Source of the DNA: a bacterium
GTDB taxonomy: Bacteria > Bacillota > Clostridia > Christensenellales > Borkfalkiaceae
Length of the DNA: 32,789 nucleotides
Direction of reading: 5' to 3'
Assembly (NCBI GenBank): GCA_963660735.1
Contig: CAVLAV010000001.1
Coordinates: forward strand, 1-32,789
Shown: positions 26,694 through 32,789 of the stretch, piece after piece
Layout of the letters: each line of letters opens with the position of its first letter
How positions within the stretch are numbered: position 1 is the first letter of the stretch
The notes under the pieces: model-generated
Database searches by the model: none
Seen by the model: only the letters and a program-made list of their open reading frames with translations
Told to the model about the DNA's origin: nothing
Program-made: the position numbers and the translations under genes

Positions 26694-26807
26694 CCGTGTT
26701 GAACTGCGGCGGGAACTGGAATAACGGCGCGAATGCGGGGCTCTGGAACTGGAATGGGAACAACACCGCGTCGAACGCGAACTCGAACATCGGCGGGCGA
26801 ATTTGTT
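26694..26807 (+). repeat. DGR template region (TR)
   Basis: The invariant, adenine-rich copy of the VR. It has 28 adenines, 24 of them in 12 AAY (Asn) codons when read in the VR frame. It is non-coding, located between the target gene and the RT. Confidence 0.9.
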
Positions 26808-26946
26808 GCAAAAGGAATAAAAACAGGGTTTATAATTCACAGACCACTTGGTCAGAAATAGCCGTAAAGAGTGTGGTTTAGTAAGTCGAAAGAATTTGAA
26901 ACACCATAAGGCAGCAACAAAGACTCTTTGAAAAATAAAGGACACA

Positions 26947-27990
26947 ATGAAACGAACAGGATATTTATTTGAAAAAATAGTGTCGAAAGATAACATTATT
27001 TTAGCCATACATAATGCGACGAAAAATAAAAAATCGAAGCGTGGAATTATTAAAGACGCTGCGGAAAACCCCGAACGTTATGCGGATAAAATACGAGAAA
27101 AACTAATCAGCGGAAATTACTATTTTGCCCCGCCGATATTAAAAACTCGGCGGGAGCATAAGAAAATCAGGCATATAAAAGTGCCGAAATTCTATCCAGA
27201 CCAGATTATACATTGGGCACTTATGCAAGTAATCGAGCCGATAATAAATCGCGGAATGGATAGATACTGCTGCGGTTCTGTCAAAAATCGCGGAACACTT
27301 GCGGCAAAGAGAGCAATCGAGCATTTCATTAAGAAAGATAAACGTATAAAATACGTTATGAAAGCGGATATACACCATTTCTTTGAATCGGTAGATATTG
27401 AGGTGTTAAAGCAAAAATTTCGCCGTGTAATTAAAGATAAAAAGGTATTGAAACTTATCGACGAAATACTCGATAACGGAGGTGCAGGCTTGCCGATAGG
27501 TTACTACACCTCGCAGGCATTCTCAAATTTTTACTTGCAACGTTTCGACCACGAAACGAAACAAGATTTGCGTATTAAGCATTATGCGCGATATGCGGAC
27601 GACATTGTGTTTCTGGACGCGAACAAAAGGAAATTGCATAAAGCAAAAATCGCGTTCGATAAAAGTTTGGGTAAAGAAAATTTGAAACTTAAACACGATT
27701 GGCAAATCTGGAAATTCGGCAGCCGACCTATTGATTTTGTCGGTTACAGATTTTACGGGAAATACACCGTTTTAAGAAAGAAAATGTTTTACTCACTAAC
27801 CCGCGCCGTCCGAAAAATAAAACGTTTCGGTGTGAGATTAAGGCAAGTAATGAGGTTTTTATCGTATATGGGCTGGGCGAAACGTATCAATTTCAAGAAG
27901 TATTACGTCGAAAATATAAAGCCCGTTATCACAAAAGGCAATGCGTGTAAATTTATGGCGCATAACGCAGCCGTATTGTCAGCGGCTTAA
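26947..27990 (+). CDS. DGR reverse transcriptase
   Basis: A 347-aa protein with the YADD catalytic motif (27592-27603, ...YARYADDIVFLD...). It has the DGR-diagnostic IGxxxSQ motif (IGYYTSQ, 27496-27516) and an N-terminus typical of these RTs (LFEKIVSKDNIILAIHNATKNKK). It lies 139 nt downstream of the TR. Confidence 0.9.
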   Translation: MKRTGYLFEKIVSKDNIILAIHNATKNKKSKRGIIKDAAENPERYADKIREKLISGNYYFAPPILKTRREHKKIRHIKVPKFYPDQIIHWALMQVIEPIINRGMDRYCCGSVKNRGTLAAKRAIEHFIKKDKRIKYVMKADIHHFFESVDIEVLKQKFRRVIKDKKVLKLIDEILDNGGAGLPIGYYTSQAFSNFYLQRFDHETKQDLRIKHYARYADDIVFLDANKRKLHKAKIAFDKSLGKENLKLKHDWQIWKFGSRPIDFVGYRFYGKYTVLRKKMFYSLTRAVRKIKRFGVRLRQVMRFLSYMGWAKRINFKKYYVENIKPVITKGNACKFMAHNAAVLSAA

Positions 27991-28013
27991 ATCTATTATG
28001 GAGGTAAATTAAA

Positions 28014-28205
28014 ATGGCAGCAAAACGTTTCAGTAAGCAAAAGTGGCTTGAAAAGGCGAACGCGCAAATCGCGCAGGGGTTTCTCTCGGAAAGAGAGCGC
28101 GACGACGCGCTTGAAATCTGGGTAAACGACCTTGACGGCAAAACTTACGAAGAAATAACCGCGAACGGAAACGAGTTCAGCGACGATTATTTCGTAATCA
28201 ATTAA
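28014..28205 (+). CDS. Small hypothetical protein, 63 aa
   Basis: GGAGG RBS 8 nt upstream. It lies 23 nt after the RT stop. The protein is acidic and helical. No family recognised. Confidence 0.5.
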   Translation: MAAKRFSKQKWLEKANAQIAQGFLSERERDDALEIWVNDLDGKTYEEITANGNEFSDDYFVIN

Positions 28206-28215
28206 GAGGCACGCT

Positions 28216-28674
28216 ATGAAAATGGAATACAAACTCATTGAATTTGTTAAAAAGGGCTTTATTTTAACAAGAGAGCCCGAAGTCGTTGCAGACGAACTTA
28301 TTATCACGTTTACAGGCGCGCCAGACGGGGCGACGGCAGTTTTTGAAAATGCGGGCTGTGATAGTCTTTATCGCGTGCTTGAAAAGGGAACGTGCAGCGT
28401 TCCTGCGGACTTTCTGGACAGCATTGTAAAATGTACCGTCGTTGTTCTAAACGGCAAGCCAGACGCGCCGAAATACGCGTGTGAAAGTATCTATGTAAAA
28501 CGTATTGACGGCAAAGTAATTTGCTGCCCGAACGGCGTAGACACGCCGCTGCAAATAATTGCTGTTCTCTCGGAAATTCAGGACATAAAAAACGACATTG
28601 CCCACCTGAACAACGAACAGTCAAAAATTGTGAAAAAACTCGATAGGCTTATCGAGGGTTACGACTTTGAATAA
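28216..28674 (+). CDS. Hypothetical protein, 152 aa, with a C-terminal coiled coil
   Basis: AAGAGG RBS. The N-terminal part is beta-rich and the C-terminus is helical (IQDIKNDIAHLNNEQSKIVKKLDRLIEG). Possibly fibre-associated, based on position. Confidence 0.45.
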   Translation: MKMEYKLIEFVKKGFILTREPEVVADELIITFTGAPDGATAVFENAGCDSLYRVLEKGTCSVPADFLDSIVKCTVVVLNGKPDAPKYACESIYVKRIDGKVICCPNGVDTPLQIIAVLSEIQDIKNDIAHLNNEQSKIVKKLDRLIEGYDFE

Positions 28675-28686
28675 CGGAGGTAATCT

Positions 28687-29316
28687 ATGAAAATCAGAAC
28701 TAAAAATCGCATTTATATCATTCTTTTACTTGCGGTTGTGCTTTTCTTTTGCGTGTGCTTTTTTTGCTCGGTTTCCGCGAATAAGGCTTATGCCGCCGAA
28801 ACGCAAACCGCAACGGAAAGTGCCGCCTTAGAACAAGCAGACGAACAACCGACGCAAGATAATACTTTTTTCGGGCAAATCTTTGCGTGGTGCAAGGAAA
28901 ACATTGTACCGCTACTAAGCGCAACCAATTTAGGTACGATATTTGCCGTTATTGTCAGTCTGAAAAAAGAAATTAAAGACAACAAACGGCACAAATCGGA
29001 TATTCAGGCAGAAACGGCGGCGAATACCGAAAGCAACGCGGAAGTGATAAAGGCGGCAAATACTCTAATTGAAAAATACAACGACTTTGAGATTTATGTA
29101 AAAGAACTTACGAAAACAGAACTTGAACGCAGTCCGCAGTTTCAGGAAATGATTACATACAGCAAGGCTGTACTGGATATTCTTTCAGCCGTTTATGCAA
29201 ACAACAAAAATATTCCGCAAGCGATTAAAGACCTTGTGCAATTAAAGTATGTCGGAGCGTTGAAAGACGTAACAAGCGTTGAAGATACGGAGGCAAGCGG
29301 CGACGCGGAGGTGTGA
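28687..29316 (+). CDS. Secreted or membrane protein, 209 aa
   Basis: GGAGG RBS. The N-terminus looks like a signal or anchor sequence (IYIILLLAVVLFFCVCFFCSVSANKAYA). There is a second hydrophobic helix (LGTIFAVIVSL) followed by a helical tail. Confidence 0.5.
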   Translation: MKIRTKNRIYIILLLAVVLFFCVCFFCSVSANKAYAAETQTATESAALEQADEQPTQDNTFFGQIFAWCKENIVPLLSATNLGTIFAVIVSLKKEIKDNKRHKSDIQAETAANTESNAEVIKAANTLIEKYNDFEIYVKELTKTELERSPQFQEMITYSKAVLDILSAVYANNKNIPQAIKDLVQLKYVGALKDVTSVEDTEASGDAEV

Positions 29317-29317
29317 T

Positions 29318-29734
29318 ATGAAAAATAGCACGAAAGGCAAAATAATTCGCTATTCAAGCGTTATCGTACTTGACGCTGGCGCACCGCTGGCGGCTACCTG
29401 CGCTTATTTCCCTATGTGGGTAAATAAAGGCTCAGGGGCTACCGTATCGGGTGTGTTTGTCGTTCTTGCGCTGCTTTCGCTTATTCCGCTTTTGCTTGTT
29501 TTTAAGCAGAAAATAAAAACACCTGCCGTCTGGGTAATGTGGGTAATACTTTTCGTTGCGCTTTGGGGGCTGTATCAGATAATAGAACAAATGCTCGTTG
29601 TAGCCGCCGTAGGTGCGGCAAGCAACGCCGCAGGCGCAGGACTGTACAAATTGGGTGAGAGTATTGAAAAAAGCGACAATGCACCTGCTACGGGCTTTAT
29701 ATCGCCACCAGATAACGCGGGAGGTAATGGCTAA
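29318..29734 (+). CDS. Small multi-pass membrane protein (holin-like by size and topology)
   Basis: ATG at 29318 lies 6 nt after GGAGG and 1 nt after the upstream stop. The product is 138 aa with 3-4 hydrophobic helices. The track start at 29279 lies inside the previous gene. Confidence 0.4.
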   Translation: MKNSTKGKIIRYSSVIVLDAGAPLAATCAYFPMWVNKGSGATVSGVFVVLALLSLIPLLLVFKQKIKTPAVWVMWVILFVALWGLYQIIEQMLVVAAVGAASNAAGAGLYKLGESIEKSDNAPATGFISPPDNAGGNG

Positions 29735-30753
29735 TGCAGACGATTGAAAGAAAACAGCCTACGCCGCAAGAGCCGTTGGATAAACGCATAATCAAAGCGC
29801 GGAGCGCGAAAAAGACCGTGTTTCAGAAACTACTCAGGAACACGGGTATTTTCGTAAGCGTATTTATAATGTTCGTGGTAATCGTGGCATTTACCACCGA
29901 CCTGAAATTTTCCAGCCTTGCAGACTGGACGGCTCTCGGCTTAACGTTTTTTGTTTTACTGTTCTGCTCGTACAGTATGTATTTGAACTGTTCGGACAGT
30001 GGAACGAAAGCGGGAAAGGAATCCGAAACGTTCTTGAATACGCAGGACGATTACGACGGCGTGAAAAATAAAATCGCCGTAAACAAAATGCAGGGGCGAT
30101 TGCCTGAATTTTGCCAGCATTACGTCGAGGAAGAACTCGAACTGACGAGAGCGACCATTCTTGCCGACGTTGGTATCGAATATGCCGAATATAAGGAAAA
30201 TTATTTAGGTAAAGACAAGGAAACGCTCGACAAACTCGTAGCCGAAAACAAGTTATCTAAAATGAAAGCGGACACGATTTTAAGTGCGAATAAGGTAAAA
30301 CCCATAACGCTTACGCCAGATATGATTTTCAAGCGCGGCAGGGGAAATAATAAGCGCAGCCCGCTCGGAATGAACCCGCAGACAAAGAAAAAGTGGAATT
30401 TCGGTATTAAATTCGTAACGACGCTTATAACGTCGGTGCTTATGTCTATAATCGTTTGCGAGGTCATTATAACGCCGAACTGGGCGACGTTTGCGGCGTG
30501 TTTACTCAAACTGTTTGCCGTGTCAATGCAAGGCGTTTTCGGGTATAAAATGGGCTTTGAAAATATCGTCGTCGATACCGTCGAATATATGCGCGACCAG
30601 ATAGACCTTATGCAACATTTCCTCGAATACGTTAAACTTACGCCGATTGATTTTAAGGGCGGCGCGGGCAAAAATAACGAGCCGACGGAGCCTGAAAACG
30701 GGGAAGAAACGCCGTCTGAAAAGCCGCCAGAAACAGCAAATATCACGTTATAA
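29734..30753 (+). CDS. Membrane protein, 339 aa
   Basis: TAATG overlap with the previous gene (29732-29736). Two N-terminal TM helices and two C-terminal TM helices flank a charged helical middle. The C-terminal tail is P/E-rich. Confidence 0.5.
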   Translation: MQTIERKQPTPQEPLDKRIIKARSAKKTVFQKLLRNTGIFVSVFIMFVVIVAFTTDLKFSSLADWTALGLTFFVLLFCSYSMYLNCSDSGTKAGKESETFLNTQDDYDGVKNKIAVNKMQGRLPEFCQHYVEEELELTRATILADVGIEYAEYKENYLGKDKETLDKLVAENKLSKMKADTILSANKVKPITLTPDMIFKRGRGNNKRSPLGMNPQTKKKWNFGIKFVTTLITSVLMSIIVCEVIITPNWATFAACLLKLFAVSMQGVFGYKMGFENIVVDTVEYMRDQIDLMQHFLEYVKLTPIDFKGGAGKNNEPTEPENGEETPSEKPPETANITL

Positions 30754-30756
30754 AAT

Positions 30757-30789
30757 AAAAGGTACAGCCCGAAAAGTTGTACCTTTTTA
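30757..30789 (+). terminator. Intrinsic terminator ending the phage + strand operon
   Basis: AAAAGGTACA (30757-30766) pairs with TGTACCTTTT (30778-30787), with an 11-nt loop and a T-run. Confidence 0.75.
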
Positions 30790-30812
30790 TTGTGGATAAA
30801 CACGCTGAAAAA

Positions 30813-30948
30813 GAAAATTTTCAAACTTAAAAATTTTTTTCAAGTTTTTTCAGAAAATTTTTTGAAAAATAAAAATTGTTTCGGGGTGCGAAATTTTTTT
30901 TGATTTTTTGCAATGAAAATTTTACGAAACAAAGTGTGAAAATTTTAC
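30813..30948. repeat. GAAAATTTT motif array, including two perfect 12-mers
   Basis: GAAAATTTT occurs at 30813, 30853, 30915 and 30938. The last two are part of perfect TGAAAATTTTAC copies (30914-30925 and 30937-30948), 23 bp apart. An inverted copy (TTTCAAAAATTTTCT) lies at 32494-32508. Confidence 0.6.
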
Positions 30949-30988
30949 ACAATCGCAAAACCCCTTTTATTTCCTGACTTTTTCGGCT

Positions 30989-31081
30989 ATACAAACCTTA
31001 TACTTTTGTATTTCAAATGAAATAGAATTGCTTTGCTTTTGATATTCTTTTGTAATACAAAATTATACAAAACGATACAAA
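30989..31081. repeat. ATACAAA motif cluster (helically phased direct repeats plus palindromes)
   Basis: ATACAAA occurs at 30989, 31055, 31065 and 31075; the last three have an exact 10-bp period. An inverted TTTGTAT lies at 31005-31011. A palindrome TTTTGTA-a-TACAAAA lies at 31048-31062. Confidence 0.55.
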
Positions 31082-31244
31082 TATAAATCAAAATCAAAAG
31101 AAAATATAAATATAAATAAAATACACTAACGTGTATTGATCGGTAGATAGAATTACCCGCGCTCACGCGCGCGTAAAGCACAACGACGGGAGAATGATTG
31201 TTGTTTTTTTATTTTTTGAGATTTTTCTCTTAAAAGGAAACGAG

Positions 31245-31273
31245 TTGAAAAATGTTAGACAATGTGGTATAAT
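31245..31273 (+). promoter_or_regulatory. Near-consensus sigma70 promoter of the transposase gene
   Basis: TTGAAA (31245-31250), a 17-nt spacer, then TGgTATAAT with the -10 hexamer at 31268-31273. Confidence 0.7.
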
Positions 31274-31303
31274 AGCGGTACTTTCACGACGGAGGGAAAA
31301 TAT

Positions 31304-32329
31304 ATGAGGGGTATGAGATTTACCGCTAACCAGAAAAAGCACGCTCTCAAATTGTGGCTTGTAGACAAGAAAGATATTACGAAAGTTGCATATCTGACAA
31401 AATGCGACGAGCGTACTTTATGGCGGTGGAAAGCAAAATATGACGGAACGCTGGAAAGCCTGCAAAACGGCTCGACCGTTCCGCATACGCCGAGCCCTAA
31501 GGCTCATACCCAGATCGAAATCGAACACATAAAGAAAATATTTGAGGAAAGCCCCGATATAAGTTATGCGGAGGCTTACGGTGTTTTACGCAGCGAGTTC
31601 GCCTATTCAAGAACGTATTTCGGTTTTTGGCGTTTCGTTTCTAAAAACGGAATACGCCAGCCGAAAGAGATTGTGCAAAAATACGTTGAGCAGCCATACA
31701 ATACGCCTGAAATGTTCGGTATAAAAGTGCAAATGGACGTGAAAGTCGTTCCGAAAGAATGTAAAACGGGCGAATTTAAGCACGAGAAAGACTTTCAGTA
31801 CACAATGATTGACGAGGCTACCCGCGAAAGGTTTATTTATCCGTACAAAGAGCAGAGTACATTTTCGACCGTAGATTTTGTAAAAAGAGCGTTCGTATAT
31901 TTCGGGTATCTGCCTGCAATCGTTCAGACAGACAACGGAACAGAGTTTACCCCACCGAAGAACGCAAAAGAAACAACGATAAACGCAGTAGACCAGTTTT
32001 TAATGAAATACAACATTGTTCATAAACTTATAAAGCCTCGCACACCGCGCCATAACGGAAAAGTCGAACGCTCGCACAGAACCGACCAAGAATGTTTTTA
32101 TAATCACTTGCAATATTCCACGTTCGAGGAACTGAAAGAAAAAATGGCTGAATGGCTTAACCGATACAATAATCGACCGCACTCGTCGCTTAGAAATCGC
32201 GAGGGAAAGCGCGTCTGGCTTACGCCGTTGCAAAAGCGAGCCGAACTTATGGAAGATTATAAGAAAAACGGGTTTAAGGACGAAAACGATAAGGAAATTA
32301 AAATTCGTTTTCTTAAAAAGTCGGCATAA
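31304..32329 (+). CDS. DDE transposase, rve/IS481-like
   Basis: ATG at 31304 lies 7 nt after GGAGGG. There is an N-terminal HTH (ITKVAYLTKCDERTLWRWKAKY). The DDE triad context is VQMDVKVV, VQTDNGTEF and PRHNGKVERSHRT. Confidence 0.8.
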   Translation: MRGMRFTANQKKHALKLWLVDKKDITKVAYLTKCDERTLWRWKAKYDGTLESLQNGSTVPHTPSPKAHTQIEIEHIKKIFEESPDISYAEAYGVLRSEFAYSRTYFGFWRFVSKNGIRQPKEIVQKYVEQPYNTPEMFGIKVQMDVKVVPKECKTGEFKHEKDFQYTMIDEATRERFIYPYKEQSTFSTVDFVKRAFVYFGYLPAIVQTDNGTEFTPPKNAKETTINAVDQFLMKYNIVHKLIKPRTPRHNGKVERSHRTDQECFYNHLQYSTFEELKEKMAEWLNRYNNRPHSSLRNREGKRVWLTPLQKRAELMEDYKKNGFKDENDKEIKIRFLKKSA

Positions 32330-32354
32330 CCGTTGCAACTGAATATAGAAACGA

Positions 32355-32378
32355 ACTCCACGGCGGTGGAGTGTTTTG
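32355..32378 (+). terminator. Intrinsic terminator after the transposase gene
   Basis: ACTCCAC (32355-32361) pairs with GTGGAGT (32366-32372), with loop GGCG, followed by GTTTTG. Confidence 0.7.
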
Positions 32379-32401
32379 TCGTAGGCTTTTAAGCGATACG
32401 T

Positions 32402-32430
32402 TTGACTTTTTTCTGCGGAAAAGGTATAAT
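32402..32430 (+). promoter_or_regulatory. Consensus-like promoter with no adjacent ORF
   Basis: TTGACT (32402-32407), a 17-nt spacer, then TATAAT (32425-32430). The next start codon with an RBS is about 200 nt away. Confidence 0.55.
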
Positions 32431-32559
32431 GAAGAGGCTTAAAGGCTTTTTTTATTGCGTTTTTTCGGTGCTTTTGGCACTTTCTAAAAAAAATTTCAAA
32501 AATTTTCTAAAAACTACTGAAAAATGTTTGACAAATCACACGTTTTTTGACTTTTTCTC

Positions 32560-32588
32560 TTGACAAACGCGATTTTTTGTGTTAAAGT
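32560..32588 (+). promoter_or_regulatory. Candidate promoter of the antiporter gene
   Basis: TTGACA (32560-32565), a 17-nt spacer ending in TGt, then TAAAGT (32583-32588). A second TTGACAAA copy lies at 32528-32535. Confidence 0.5.
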
Positions 32589-32628
32589 ACGGCAATATAA
32601 CCGTTTTCGGACGGATACGGGGGTTGCC

Positions 32629-32789
32629 GTGGATAAGTTCTACGAAAAATTACAAAGCACGTCGCCCGTTTCGGTGGTGGTATTGTCTATAGCGATAATA
32701 CTCGCCGCAGGTTTTTTGGCAACGCGCATAACAAAACTTTTAAAACTGCCAAACGTAACGGCTTACGTGGTGGCGGGTATGGTGATAGG
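32629..32789 (+). CDS. Cation:proton antiporter (CPA2/Kef-like), N-terminal fragment running off the window
   Basis: GTG start after a GGGGG RBS. The translation VDKFYEKLQSTSPVSVVVLSIAIILAAGFLATRITKLLKLPNVTAYVVAGMVIG matches the typical first TM and the LP.V.GY..AG...GP opening of Na+/H+-exchanger family proteins. This is a host-type gene. Confidence 0.55.
   Translation, partial: MDKFYEKLQSTSPVSVVVLSIAIILAAGFLATRITKLLKLPNVTAYVVAGMVI

Larger units (their letters stand above)
26480..27990 (+). mobile_element. Diversity-generating retroelement cassette (VR - hairpin - TR - spacer - RT)
   Basis: The combination of the four component features listed separately. Confidence 0.9.

Noticed and set aside
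26696-26881. A 61-aa + strand ORF (MLNCGGNWNNGANAGLWNWNGNN...).
   Set aside because: This is simply the DGR template region read in the VR frame. It has no RBS and is Asn-rich by design. It is a non-coding TR, not a gene.
26613-27008. A 131-aa minus-strand ORF spanning the TR and spacer. It could be mistaken for an Avd-sized accessory gene.
   Set aside because: It is antisense to the TR and to the RT start. Its Ser/Arg/Cys-rich translation is an artefact, it has no RBS, and it shows no four-helix-bundle character.
30201-30824. A 207-aa minus-strand ORF.
   Set aside because: It is antisense to the 339-aa membrane-protein gene and crosses that gene's terminator. It has no RBS.
30987-31181. 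A 64-aa minus-strand ORF in the AT-rich tract.
   Set aside because: It is an I/L/Y/F-rich translation of the ATACAAA/ATATAAA repeats. It has no RBS. I treat the region as non-coding repeat DNA.
30790-31260. Considered as a CRISPR array, a tRNA gene, or a tRNA-derived att site.
   Set aside because: The repeats are only 7-12 bp, with irregular or 10-bp spacing and no spacer-like unique segments. There is no cloverleaf and no GGTTCGAATCC-type T-arm. No CRISPR array, tRNA or rRNA was seen anywhere in the window.
31180-32470. Terminal inverted repeats and target-site duplication of the IS.
   Set aside because: Only an 8-bp inverted match and a low-complexity 10-bp direct match were found by eye. 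Neither is strong enough to annotate element ends.

Overview
This window is the late (morphogenesis) region of a temperate phage or prophage, ending at a junction with host DNA. AGGAGG-type ribosome-binding sites suggest a Firmicutes/Clostridia-like host. Almost everything is on the + strand.

Gene order, left to right:
- terminase large subunit (5' end cut by the window edge)
- putative portal
- a 756-aa protein
- a 3,513-aa giant multidomain 'polyvalent' protein
- a convergent minus-strand membrane-protein gene with its own promoter and terminator (moron-like)
- a Com-like zinc-ribbon gene followed by a strong terminator
- an unlisted 46-aa basic ORF
- a scaffold-like protein with a hyper-acidic N-terminus
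- a decoration-like protein
- the major capsid protein
- two structural proteins (305 and 882 aa)
- a tail fibre with an internal duplication
- a complete diversity-generating retroelement (DGR): target gene with VR, then TR, then reverse transcriptase
- two small ORFs
- three membrane proteins and a terminator
- about 480 bp of AT-rich, repeat-dense non-coding DNA
- an IS481-like DDE transposase
- the first 54 codons of a host cation:proton antiporter

No tail tube, sheath or tape-measure gene lies between the capsid and fibre genes, so the virion is probably podovirus-like.

The two most notable items:
1. The DGR has a 114-bp VR/TR pair with 16 mismatches, all at TR adenines. A GC hairpin sits 3' of the VR, and no Avd-like accessory gene is recognisable.
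2. The giant protein carries clamp-like, MutS-domain-I-like, HExxH zincin, ART-like and glycine-zipper/TM modules. Its module junctions are marked by a recurring [RK]YALS[ES] motif.

All functional calls come from reading the translations and the DNA. No database search was run.
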